From contig CALVYK010000005.1 of NCBI GenBank assembly GCA_944372195.1, forward strand, positions 3,447 through 67,446: DNA of 64,000 bases, read 5' to 3'. The notes under the pieces were generated by a model, which was not told where the DNA came from, made no database searches, and was given only the letters and a program-made list of their open reading frames with translations. Below are positions 30,517-40,192 of this stretch, in pieces. The position numbers and the translations under genes were made by a program. The DNA is from an uncultured Bacilli bacterium. GTDB taxonomy: Bacteria > Bacillota_I > Bacilli_A > RF39 > UBA660. Position 1 is the stretch's first letter; each line of letters begins with the position of its first letter.

Positions 30517-30549
30517 AAAATCTGTTAATAACTATTAATAGATTTTTTA
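30517..30549 (+). terminator. intrinsic terminator after the ABC operon
   Basis: Stem aaaatctgttaata/tattaatagatttt with one mismatch, followed by a T-run. Confidence 0.6.
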
Positions 30550-30610
30550 ATTATCATCTATTTTTCACTTTTTTTAATACTTTTTGTGATATAATTATAC
30601 TGGTGGTAGA

Positions 30611-31540
30611 ATGCAAAAGATATTTAAAACTTTAGATGAACAAATTGAAATCTTGAAATCGAAAGGTTTAGAAATAACTGATTACGACAAAACCAAACAA
30701 ATATTGTTTAAAGAGAATTATTTTTTTATAAATGGTTATAGACATTTATTAACTAGTGCAAATAATAATAATAAATTTGTAGCCGGTGCTACTTTTGATG
30801 AATTATATGCCATATTTATTTTTGATCGAAGAATCAGAAATATTCTTTTTAAAAACATATTGATTATTGAAAATAATATAAAATCAATTATTAGCTATCA
30901 GTTATCAAAAAAATATGGATATAAAGAAAAAGATTATTTAAACCCAAAACATTTTAGATATGAAAGTTTTAAACTTAGTCAAGTTAATGATGTTATTAAT
31001 AAAATGAAACGTCAAATAAGATTAAATGGAAAGCAACATAGTGCCACCAAACATTATATCAGCAATTATGGATATATTCCTTTGTGGGTTTCAGTAAAAG
31101 TTTTATCTTTTGGTATAATTTCGGAATTTTATTCTATATTAAAATATGAAGACCAAGATGAAATTGCTGGTTTCTATCGGATAAGTATAGGGGAGCTAAA
31201 TATTTATTTATATTTGTTATCAAATTATAGAAATTTGTGTGCGCATGAAGATATTTTATATGATCATATTACTCAAAGAAGTATTCCGGATAATAGATTT
31301 CATCAGTTTTTAAATATTCCAAAGGTTGATGATGAATATATTTTTGGTAAAAATGATTTGTTTGCAGTATTAATAATTTTGAAACAAATGTTAGGACACA
31401 ATGAATTTCATGATTTGATTAATGAAATAGGTTATGAAATAGACATTTTGGACGGGAAAATAAATTCCGTTGATACCAACTCAATATTAAATAAAATTGG
31501 GTTCCCAGATAATTGGAGAGAATTGGAAAATATAGATTGA
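30611..31540 (+). CDS. Abi_2 family (AbiD/AbiF-like) abortive-infection protein
   Basis: Family-typical segments are ENYFFINGYRHLL, YIPLWVSVKVLSFG and YRNLCAHEDILYD. Confidence 0.8.
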   Translation: MQKIFKTLDEQIEILKSKGLEITDYDKTKQILFKENYFFINGYRHLLTSANNNNKFVAGATFDELYAIFIFDRRIRNILFKNILIIENNIKSIISYQLSKKYGYKEKDYLNPKHFRYESFKLSQVNDVINKMKRQIRLNGKQHSATKHYISNYGYIPLWVSVKVLSFGIISEFYSILKYEDQDEIAGFYRISIGELNIYLYLLSNYRNLCAHEDILYDHITQRSIPDNRFHQFLNIPKVDDEYIFGKNDLFAVLIILKQMLGHNEFHDLINEIGYEIDILDGKINSVDTNSILNKIGFPDNWRELENID

Positions 31541-31544
31541 AAGG

Positions 31545-32627
31545 GTGATAAATTTGAAAAATAAAGTAATATATATATGTTCTGTTGTATTATCGCTATT
31601 TATTGGTATAAGTGGCACATTATTAGTGATTTATTATATTCCTAATAATGAAGGTGATAAAATTGTCGAAGAAGTAACTATTACAGAAAGTGATACTATA
31701 GCTCCGGCTGTAAATAAAGTATATGATTCTGTTGTTACAGTTTTAAATTATGGAAATCAATTACAAGCAACTGGAACCGGTTTTGTATATAAAGAAGATG
31801 ATAAATATGGATATATTCTAACTAATAATCATGTTATTAGTGGGGCAAGAAAAATTGAAGTTACTAATACGGAAAACGTAACTGTGGAAGCTACAATATT
31901 AGGTAGTGATGAATATGCTGATTTGGCAGTTTTACGTGTCGACAAATCATTTGTTTTGCAAGTTGCAACTTTAGGTAGTAGTACTGACTCTGAAATAGGC
32001 GATACGGTTTTTGCAGTTGGAACACCAGTTGATGTTAAATATGCTGGTTCTGTAACCAAAGGTATTATTTCTGGTAAGAATAGAACTGTCAATGTAACTT
32101 TAGATGATGGCGGCGCATTTATGATGGAGGTAATTCAAACTAATACTGCTATTAATCCTGGCAATAGTGGTGGACCTTTAGTAAATATTAATGGTGAAGT
32201 AATTGGCATAAACACTTTAAAATTAGTTGAAGATGAAATAGAAGGTATGGGTTTTGCTATTCCAATTGAAATGGCTACATCAGTTTTAGACAGATTAGAA
32301 AATAGCGAAGAAATTGAGCGACCACTATTAGGTGTTAGTATGATTGATGCTAATAATCAATATGCTTTATTTAGCTATAAAGTATATCTAGATAAAGATT
32401 ATGAAAAAGGAGTAGTAGTTGTTGACGTTGAAAAAGATTCACCTGCAGGAGTAGCAGGATTACAAAAAGATGATGTCATTTTAAAAATAAACGATGTTGA
32501 AATAGAAGATACAACTCATTTAAAATATATTTTATATAAATATAGTGTTGGAGATACTGTTAAACTTGAATATGAAAGAGATGGTAAAACTAACACTGTA
32601 GAAGTAAAATTAAATAAAGCAATTTAG
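31545..32627 (+). CDS. htrA: HtrA/DegP-family serine protease with a PDZ domain
   Basis: An N-terminal TM segment is followed by the catalytic triad contexts TNNHVI, DLAVLRV and GNSGGPLVN. A PDZ domain follows (GVVVVDVEKDSPAGVAGLQKDDVI). Confidence 0.92.
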   Translation: MINLKNKVIYICSVVLSLFIGISGTLLVIYYIPNNEGDKIVEEVTITESDTIAPAVNKVYDSVVTVLNYGNQLQATGTGFVYKEDDKYGYILTNNHVISGARKIEVTNTENVTVEATILGSDEYADLAVLRVDKSFVLQVATLGSSTDSEIGDTVFAVGTPVDVKYAGSVTKGIISGKNRTVNVTLDDGGAFMMEVIQTNTAINPGNSGGPLVNINGEVIGINTLKLVEDEIEGMGFAIPIEMATSVLDRLENSEEIERPLLGVSMIDANNQYALFSYKVYLDKDYEKGVVVVDVEKDSPAGVAGLQKDDVILKINDVEIEDTTHLKYILYKYSVGDTVKLEYERDGKTNTVEVKLNKAI

Positions 32628-32696
32628 GTCATTAAATGATCTTTTTTTATGACAAAATTAGATTATTGTCATAAAATAACATGAGGAGGATAACTT

Positions 32697-32956
32697 ATGG
32701 ATTATAAAATAGTTATAGATGCTGGCCATGGTGGAGATGACCCAGGTGCAAGTGGTAATGGTATAATAGAAAAAGATTTAAATTTAAAAATATCTAATTA
32801 TATGTATGATAGATTTAGAGAATTAGGTGTTCCTGTTAAAATAATTAGAAGTACTGATGAAACAATAAGCCCTACTGAAAGAGTTAATAGGGTATTAGAT
32901 GCTTTTGGTAATAGTGATGATGTAGTAGTTATATCTAATCACATAAATGCCGGAGG
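32697..32956 (+). pseudogene. N-acetylmuramoyl-L-alanine amidase (Amidase_3), 5' fragment of a gene split by a mobile element
   Basis: The sequence IVIDAGHGGDDPGA ... VVVISNHINAGG breaks into the unrelated tail AEFIYHYII* at the element junction. Confidence 0.85.
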
Positions 32957-33150
32957 AGCGGAGTTCATTTACCATTACATAATTTAATTGGGCATTTAGG
33001 CGGCTATATTTAAACGAAACAAATTTATTAATAAATTATACTAAAATTAAGTTTTTGACTTGAATAAAGGTATAAAACAAAGAAATTTTAATATATTTCA
33101 CTTCAAATGTTAAAAATTGTCAAATTTTGCTGTATAATATAGTTAAGAAT

Positions 33151-33195
33151 AGCAGTATCATTCTTTTTTAAGATGGATACTGCTTATTTTTTTTG
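33151..33195 (+). terminator. hairpin plus T-run just upstream of the first cargo gene
   Basis: Stem agcagtatc/gatactgct followed by TATTTTTTTT. Confidence 0.5.
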
Positions 33196-33210
33196 AAGTG
33201 AGGTGGTTTT

Positions 33211-34158
33211 ATGTTTTCAAATCAATTTGAAGTAGTTAAAGAAGATATTTCGCACATACAATACAAACATATTAAGATTAACGAAGAAGATTTTAATAAA
33301 ATAATAATTAAGTCTTTATTTGAAGATAAAGATTTATATAGGTATGTTACAAATTATAGTGAAGAAAGATTTAGACAAATTGAAGTTGAATTTCCCATAA
33401 AACAGCTTATTTCATTAATTAAAAATTTAAAAAAAGAATATATTAAAGACTGTGTTCCAACTAAAATTAAAAAGAGATTATGTAAAGACTTAAAAGCAAA
33501 AGCAAATGGTGTAATTATTGATACTAAACAAAAAGATTGGGAGGTAAAATTTAATTCATACTTGGATAATAATATTACAGGATATGATGTTCTTGCAGAA
33601 ATAATACTTTCTAAAATTATAGAAGATAGATTTGGAGCAGATGTTTTTGTAACTAAATTAGCACAAACAACTAATACAAATATGAAAGTTTTTGGCATAG
33701 ATACATTACATTATAATGCTAACGAAAATACAATGTTTTTTGGGGAGTCAAAATTGACTAACTCAGTAGAATTAGGAATTCAACAACATGCAGCCGAACT
33801 AATCCTTATGGATTATAAATTGAATGAAGAATGTAAACTGATAGCACTTCGTGAAGCTGACATCAGATGTAAATTAGATATAGTACATGAAATAACAAAA
33901 TTTGGTAGAAAATTAACTATAAATGATAATCTGTCTATTTTAAAAATAAAAAATGAAGATTTAGCATTTGATATAGCTATTGTATATTTTATAGCGCATG
34001 GTGATAAATTTGATTACGACTTTGTAACAACAAAAATAAAAAATTTTAGAAAAAAGGTAAAATTTAAAAATATAACTATCTATTGTGTAACTCTTCCTAT
34101 AAAAAATAAAGATGATTTTATTAAAAAAGTTGAGGAGGTTATGACTGAATATGAATAA
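33211..34158 (+). CDS. hamA: HamA-like protein (DUF1837-type PD-(D/E)xK nuclease candidate)
   Basis: The candidate nuclease core is FGIDTLHY...MFFGESKL (D...ExK). The gene overlaps a downstream SF2 helicase gene by 8 nt. Size and gene order match Hachiman. Confidence 0.55.
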   Translation: MFSNQFEVVKEDISHIQYKHIKINEEDFNKIIIKSLFEDKDLYRYVTNYSEERFRQIEVEFPIKQLISLIKNLKKEYIKDCVPTKIKKRLCKDLKAKANGVIIDTKQKDWEVKFNSYLDNNITGYDVLAEIILSKIIEDRFGADVFVTKLAQTTNTNMKVFGIDTLHYNANENTMFFGESKLTNSVELGIQQHAAELILMDYKLNEECKLIALREADIRCKLDIVHEITKFGRKLTINDNLSILKIKNEDLAFDIAIVYFIAHGDKFDYDFVTTKIKNFRKKVKFKNITIYCVTLPIKNKDDFIKKVEEVMTEYE

Positions 34159-36292
34159 TGTAGATAAATTCAATGTTAATGAAGAAGATTTTAGGGAAGA
34201 GATTATAAAAACAATTGATAAATCTGATGTTAAAAAGAATCTAGCTTATCAGGTATTAATGAATAAGTTATCCTTAACTCCTTATTTGTATGAACTTGAT
34301 GAGGTTGACCCGCTATTTGTAAATTATAGAGAAAAAAATAAATCTAAAATCAATAATTTTGTACTTCATCCTTTTCAAGTTGAAATACTTAATAAATTAA
34401 ATCAAGGAAAAAATTTAATAGTTAGTGCTCCAACAAGTTTTGGAAAAACTGCCTCTGTGTTTGAATATTTAAACATAAATAAAAACAAAATTAATAAAAT
34501 TTTAATTATTTTACCAACAATTGCATTAAGAAATGAATATTTAGAAAAAATAGTTTTGTGTATTCCTGAACATAAAATTATTTCTAATTCAAATAAAATA
34601 GAAAAATATGAGAAATTTTGTCTTATTTTAACTCATGAAAGATTTGTTGAATACTTCAGTAAAATAAAAACTGATGCTTTTGATATAGATTTGTTAGTAA
34701 TTGATGAGATATACAAATTACAAAATGAAAGTAATAGTGATAGAATGTATAGCATGTCTCTCGCTTATTTAACTGCAATAAAGTTATCTAAACAATATAT
34801 ATTTTTGGGACCTTTTATAAATTCCATAAGTTTACCGGATATTGAAAATTTTGAGGTACTAAAATATGATTATTCTCCTATTGCAATAGATATTACATAC
34901 CAGGATAGTTTTGATTTAAATTCTGTAAAAAATAATATATTATCAGATGAAAAGACAATGATGTATTTTTCGAATAAAAAGGATTTACTAGATTTTGCAG
35001 AGAAATATATACAAAATAATACAGTAACAACAAATAATGATTTTATTAAATATATAAGTGAAGAATACGATGAAAAATGGATTGATGAGTGGTCTGTATT
35101 AAAAGCTATAGAGCATGGTATAGGTGTTCATTATAATGAATTACCATCATTTATAAAAGAATATGTGATAAATTCCTATAATAATAGTAATAATACAATG
35201 TTACTTTTAAGTACTTCAACATTACTTGAAGGTGTAAATACATCAACAAAAAAATTAATCATTACTTCAAAAAAAATTGGAAGTAATGATTTATCTGATT
35301 TTGAATTTTGGAATCTTGTCGGTAGAGCTGGTAGACTAGGAAAATATAAAGTTGGAAAAGTTACATATTTTGGTAAAAAAGATGACTTTAAAAAAGAAAA
35401 TAGATATATAGATCTAAATAATTTATGGATTAACGAATCGGCTAATAGAGATGAATATGAAATTATAAATAGTGGTCAACTTTCAGATTTTGAAAAACAA
35501 AGAAAATTAGAAGAAATATACAAGAATTATAACTTATCTTTAGATGAAATAAAATTTTTGTTTTTACCTTTTTTTTCAAAAGTAGATAAATTATTTGATT
35601 TTTTTGATAATATATACCCAAAATTAATAAATAAGATAGAAGAATTATTAAATAAACAAATAAAAAATTCAGATTTTTTTTGCAGTAGAGAAATCAGACG
35701 AGTTATATTTGAAGAATTTATATTAAAATATAAAAAAACTTTAAGTATAGGAGCGCTTCCTTTAAGCCACTTTTCTATTTTATGTGATGCGATAAATATG
35801 AGCAACTCAAGCAAAAATAGTAAAATAAAATATATAATTGATAATGGAAGAAATTTTTTAGAAAAAAAGTGTATAGATTTATCTGTTGAAGAAAAAAGAG
35901 AAAAACTTAATAATTTATATAGTTATAGTTTTTACATGGTTAATAATTATATAGTTAATGCATACATACCAGGGGTAAATATAATTAAGTTGCTTTGTGA
36001 AAAGACAAAACAATTAAATAGAGAACAAAGTATACTTTTAAATAATTCAATATTTAAACAAGTAGATCAATATTCCTCTATGATAAATGATGAGGAATTA
36101 TTTGATACTTTGGGGATAATTTCACCATTGATAAAAATAATAAAAGAAACAGTCGGTGATGTTGAACTAAAGAATATTAGTGATTTGAGAGATGCGTTAA
36201 AAGGTAATGTAGAAATTATAAATAGTAAAATAGCGCATAATGAATTATATATATATTATTTTGAAATGTTATTAAAAAAATTACAATTATAA
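34151..36292 (+). CDS. hamB: HamB-like SF2 (DEAD/DEAH-type) helicase
   Basis: Motifs are I (SAPTSFGKT), II (VIDEIYKL), V (STSTLLEGVNT) and VI (VGRAGRLG). Confidence 0.65.
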   Translation: MNNVDKFNVNEEDFREEIIKTIDKSDVKKNLAYQVLMNKLSLTPYLYELDEVDPLFVNYREKNKSKINNFVLHPFQVEILNKLNQGKNLIVSAPTSFGKTASVFEYLNINKNKINKILIILPTIALRNEYLEKIVLCIPEHKIISNSNKIEKYEKFCLILTHERFVEYFSKIKTDAFDIDLLVIDEIYKLQNESNSDRMYSMSLAYLTAIKLSKQYIFLGPFINSISLPDIENFEVLKYDYSPIAIDITYQDSFDLNSVKNNILSDEKTMMYFSNKKDLLDFAEKYIQNNTVTTNNDFIKYISEEYDEKWIDEWSVLKAIEHGIGVHYNELPSFIKEYVINSYNNSNNTMLLLSTSTLLEGVNTSTKKLIITSKKIGSNDLSDFEFWNLVGRAGRLGKYKVGKVTYFGKKDDFKKENRYIDLNNLWINESANRDEYEIINSGQLSDFEKQRKLEEIYKNYNLSLDEIKFLFLPFFSKVDKLFDFFDNIYPKLINKIEELLNKQIKNSDFFCSREIRRVIFEEFILKYKKTLSIGALPLSHFSILCDAINMSNSSKNSKIKYIIDNGRNFLEKKCIDLSVEEKREKLNNLYSYSFYMVNNYIVNAYIPGVNIIKLLCEKTKQLNREQSILLNNSIFKQVDQYSSMINDEELFDTLGIISPLIKIIKETVGDVELKNISDLRDALKGNVEIINSKIAHNELYIYYFEMLLKKLQL

Positions 36293-36349
36293 AATGGTAT
36301 GACAATAAAATGATGCAAAATATGTTAAAATATAATTATGGTGGTATAT

Positions 36350-36736
36350 ATGATAAGAGTAGTAGCAGCTTTAATTGAAAAAGAGAATAAAGTTTTAATA
36401 GCAAGACGTTCTACTGGTGATCCTAATATATTTGGAAAATGGGAATTTCCTGGCGGAAAAGTAGAACCAGATGAAAATGAAATGCATGCTGTTGAAAGAG
36501 AAATAAAAGAAGAATTTGAACTAATAATTAAAGCTAAAGAATTTGTAGTTAATAATATTTGTGAATATCCAACTAAAGTTGTTGATTTAAGATTATATAA
36601 ATGTGATTATGTATCTGGTGAATTTAATTTACATGATCATTCTGAGTATACATGGGTGGATAAAGAAGATTTATTAAAATATGATTTAGCTCCAGCTGAT
36701 ATTCCTTTAGCAGAGTATGTAAAGAAGGTGAAGTAA
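36350..36736 (+). CDS. NUDIX hydrolase, MutT/NudG-like (d)NTP pyrophosphohydrolase
   Basis: The Nudix box is GGKVEPDENEMHAVEREIKEEFEL. The TAA stop overlaps the downstream ATG (TAATG). Confidence 0.85.
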   Translation: MIRVVAALIEKENKVLIARRSTGDPNIFGKWEFPGGKVEPDENEMHAVEREIKEEFELIIKAKEFVVNNICEYPTKVVDLRLYKCDYVSGEFNLHDHSEYTWVDKEDLLKYDLAPADIPLAEYVKKVK

Positions 36737-39700
36737 TGAAAGATGGTATTTATGAACAGCTTTTAAATAACGAATTGAAAAGCAAATTAAATAATTCAGA
36801 ATTCTTTTATAAAACTAACACGATTTTAAAATCTCCGGAAAATGCTAAGAATTTGATAACAGAATATTTAAAAGAAGTAACAAGAAAAGCTATGGATTGT
36901 ATCCAAGAAAAAAATGTAGATGTAGAAGATAGTGAAAGAGTTTTAAAAGAAATTGAAATTTGTAATGAAATTTTGGATTTATTAAGAACAAAATTAGATT
37001 TTGATGAGTATAAAGACTTAGATTTATCTATGGATGCAGAAGTTTTAGAATATGCATTTAAAAAATTAAATAATAATTCATTTGATGGTAAAAACATTGT
37101 TAGGCCAGTTACTTCATTAGTAGAACCAACTTTGTTTACAAATAGTTCTAAAGAAATTTCTTTATTATCAGAGTTAAGAAAAGAAATAGCCTCATCTGAC
37201 GAAGTGATGCTATTAGTTTCTTTTATAAGAATGACAGGATTAATGCCTATTTATGAAGATTTAAAAGAATTTACCGCTAAAGGTAAAAAGTTAAGAGTTA
37301 TTTCTACAACTTATACTAAAGCTACAGAATATAAGGCAATTGAAAAATTATTGGAATTACCAAATACTTCTATAAAAATTTCATATGAAACTGAAAATCA
37401 AAGATTACATGCAAAAGCATATATCTTTAAAAGAAACAATGGTTTTTCTACATTCTATATTGGCTCATCTAATTTGTCTAGATCAGCTTTAGTTTATGGT
37501 GATGAGTGGAATGTTAAGTTAACTGAAAAAAATTCACCACAAATTTTTCAAAATGTTATTTCTGAATTTGAAACATATTGGAATTCATATGAATATAAAA
37601 CTTTAAATAATACAGAAGAAGATAAAATCAAACTAAAAGAGGCATTATCATATAAGACAGAAAAAGTTAATGTTTATCAAAATTTAATGACTTATAAACC
37701 ATATGATTATCAAGAACAAATATTGGAAAAATTAGAGGTTGAAAGAGAAATTTATCATCGAAATAGAAATTTAGTTGTAGCTGCCACTGGTGTGGGTAAA
37801 ACTGTACTTGCCGCATTTGATTTTAAAAACTTTTTAGAAAAGAATCCTAATGCTAAATTTTTATATGTAGTACATAGACAAGAAATTTTGAAAAAGAGTT
37901 GTGATACATTTAGACAAATTTTAAAAGATGCTAATTTTGGTGAATTATATGTAAGCAATTATAAGCCTGAAAATATAAATAGATTATTTACAACACCATT
38001 AGGCTTAGAAAATATAATGAAACAAGTTGATTCTGATTATTATGATTACATAGTTGCAGATGAAATACATCATGGTGCGGCTAAAACTTATACTAATTTC
38101 TTAAACTATTTTAATCCCAAATTATTATTAGGTTTAACAGCAACGCCAGAAAGAATGGATGGACAAGATATAACAGAATTTTTCTGTAATACTATTGCTG
38201 CTGAAATGAGATTACCTGAAGCGATAAATAATAAATTATTGGTTCCATTCCAATATTATGGAATTACTGATCCTACTGATTTAAGTAATGTAAGATGGTC
38301 ATCATTTGGTTATAATAATAGTGATTTAGATAAACTATTTGTGGAAGATGAAGCAAGTGCTAATGTAAGAGTTAATACTATTATTGAAAATTTATTTAAA
38401 TATATTGATGATATAGACAAAGTACATGGATTAGGATTTTGTTCTTCTATTAATCATGCTGAATATATGTCTAATAAATTCAATGAAAACAATATTTCAT
38501 CAATATTTTTAACTGGTAATTCAGATAGTAATTTGAGAAATAATGCTATAAAGGATCTTGAGTCTGGTAAGATTAAATTTATTTTTACTGTGGACTTATA
38601 TAATGAAGGTGTAGATATTCCATGTGTAAATGTCGAATTATTATTAAGACCTACAGATTCATTAACAATTTTTTTACAACAATTAGGTAGAGGACTTAGA
38701 AAACATATTAATAAAGATTATTTAATTGTTTTAGATTTTATTGGTGAATGTAATAAGCATTTTAATTATGCTGATAAATTTAAAGCCTTAATTGGAATTG
38801 AAGGAGTTAGTGTTAAAGATTCTATTAATAATGGATTCCCAATGTTACCAGTAGGTTGCTCAATTGCTTTAGAAAGAGTAGCCGAAGAATATATTTTGTC
38901 TAATATAAAAGCTAATACAAGTAATAGACAAGTTATAATTGAAATGTTGCAAAAATTTGAAGAAACAACGCATAAAGAATTAACTTTATATAATTTTATT
39001 AATCATTATAAATTAAATATTAATGATATTTATAAAAAAGGTGTGTCTTTTTATAGATTGTTAACAGAAGCAGGAATTAAATGCTTTACTGAAAAAAATT
39101 CGATAGAAAATGCTATCGTTGGTAGATTAAAAAATTTATTAACAATTAATTCTCCAAAATTTATAAATTATATTAAGTCATTATTAAATGATGAAAATAT
39201 TAACCATAATGAGTTGCTAGATACAATGACATATTACACATTATTTAATAAACTACCGGAAAAGGAAGGATTCAAAAATATAATTGAAGCCTTAGAGTTT
39301 GTTAAAAACTCAGAATGTTTAAACTATGAAATAAACGAAATATGTAATTATCTTTATAATTCATTAGAAGTATTACCTATAAAAAATGATTTAGATTTTG
39401 ATTGTCCTTTAGAAGTATATGGTGTTTATTCACAAGCTCAATTATATTCAGGCTTAGGTGTATTTAATGAAAAATATGCAGGGCCAATGTTACAAGGAGT
39501 ATGGTATTTAAAAGAAAAAAATCATGATATATTCTTAGTTACAATAAATAAAGAATCTAGTCATTTTGGTGAATCGATTGCATATGAAGATTATGCTATA
39601 AATGATGAGTTGTTTCATTGGCAAACTCAGAACTCTGTAGCAGATGGAAGTGACACTTTAAATAGGTATATTAATTCAAATGGTAGAATAAGTTTGTTTG

Positions 39701-39858
39701 TAAGAATAAATAGAAAAGAAAATAATCAAGCAAGTCCATATATTTATTTAGGTGAGGCTGAATATGTATCTCATAACGGATCAAAACCAGTTGGAATTGT
39801 TTGGAAATTAAAACATAAAATACCTGCAAAATATTTAGATAAAATGATGAAATTATAA
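36736..39858 (+). CDS. SauUSI-like type IV (modification-dependent) restriction enzyme: PLD nuclease + SF2 helicase + DUF3427
   Basis: The HKD motif is LHAKAYIF...GSSNLS. Helicase motifs are AATGVGKT, ADEIHH, LTATPER and QQLGRGLR. The long C-terminal domain ends in the ELFHWQTQNS region typical of DUF3427. Confidence 0.7.
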   Translation: MKDGIYEQLLNNELKSKLNNSEFFYKTNTILKSPENAKNLITEYLKEVTRKAMDCIQEKNVDVEDSERVLKEIEICNEILDLLRTKLDFDEYKDLDLSMDAEVLEYAFKKLNNNSFDGKNIVRPVTSLVEPTLFTNSSKEISLLSELRKEIASSDEVMLLVSFIRMTGLMPIYEDLKEFTAKGKKLRVISTTYTKATEYKAIEKLLELPNTSIKISYETENQRLHAKAYIFKRNNGFSTFYIGSSNLSRSALVYGDEWNVKLTEKNSPQIFQNVISEFETYWNSYEYKTLNNTEEDKIKLKEALSYKTEKVNVYQNLMTYKPYDYQEQILEKLEVEREIYHRNRNLVVAATGVGKTVLAAFDFKNFLEKNPNAKFLYVVHRQEILKKSCDTFRQILKDANFGELYVSNYKPENINRLFTTPLGLENIMKQVDSDYYDYIVADEIHHGAAKTYTNFLNYFNPKLLLGLTATPERMDGQDITEFFCNTIAAEMRLPEAINNKLLVPFQYYGITDPTDLSNVRWSSFGYNNSDLDKLFVEDEASANVRVNTIIENLFKYIDDIDKVHGLGFCSSINHAEYMSNKFNENNISSIFLTGNSDSNLRNNAIKDLESGKIKFIFTVDLYNEGVDIPCVNVELLLRPTDSLTIFLQQLGRGLRKHINKDYLIVLDFIGECNKHFNYADKFKALIGIEGVSVKDSINNGFPMLPVGCSIALERVAEEYILSNIKANTSNRQVIIEMLQKFEETTHKELTLYNFINHYKLNINDIYKKGVSFYRLLTEAGIKCFTEKNSIENAIVGRLKNLLTINSPKFINYIKSLLNDENINHNELLDTMTYYTLFNKLPEKEGFKNIIEALEFVKNSECLNYEINEICNYLYNSLEVLPIKNDLDFDCPLEVYGVYSQAQLYSGLGVFNEKYAGPMLQGVWYLKEKNHDIFLVTINKESSHFGESIAYEDYAINDELFHWQTQNSVADGSDTLNRYINSNGRISLFVRINRKENNQASPYIYLGEAEYVSHNGSKPVGIVWKLKHKIPAKYLDKMMKL

Positions 39859-39872
39859 ACAAAATTGTTATT

Positions 39873-39898
39873 AAGAGAGCATATTACTCTCTTTTTTT
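39873..39898 (+). terminator. intrinsic terminator after the restriction gene
   Basis: Stem aagagag/ctctctt followed by a T-run. Confidence 0.7.
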
Positions 39899-40038
39899 GA
39901 TTTGTTTAAATTTTATTAACTAATATCATATCATCCTATTAATTCTGTGTTATTTGTAAAAATAGGATTATAAATATATTTGGTTTATTATTATATATAA
40001 ATGATTAAATAGTAATACATCCCTTATATCAACCTACA

Positions 40039-40141
40039 AAGTAGGATGAATTTCGTAAGTACGAAATAAGAATGGTACCACTAAGTTTCCTTGTTTTATA
40101 AGGATTTTTTTACTTTGTGGCGCCATCTTCTTATCCTACTT
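40039..40141. ncRNA. candidate structured RNA (closed multi-helix fold), identity unknown
   Basis: The closing stem is AAGTAGGAT/ATCCTACTT. Internal hairpins are atttcgta/tacgaaat and ccactaagt/actttgtgg, the latter enclosing tcctt..aagga followed by T7. A third AAGTAGGAT copy lies at 40179. Confidence 0.35.
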
Positions 40142-40192
40142 ATTTAAGAATGTAATTTTTGCATAAAAAAATCAGATAAAGTAGGATAGTTA

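Noticed and set aside
40039-40141. Retron msr/msd or IS110-type bridge RNA as the identity of the structured region.
   Set aside because: No reverse transcriptase or IS110-family recombinase gene lies anywhere in the element.
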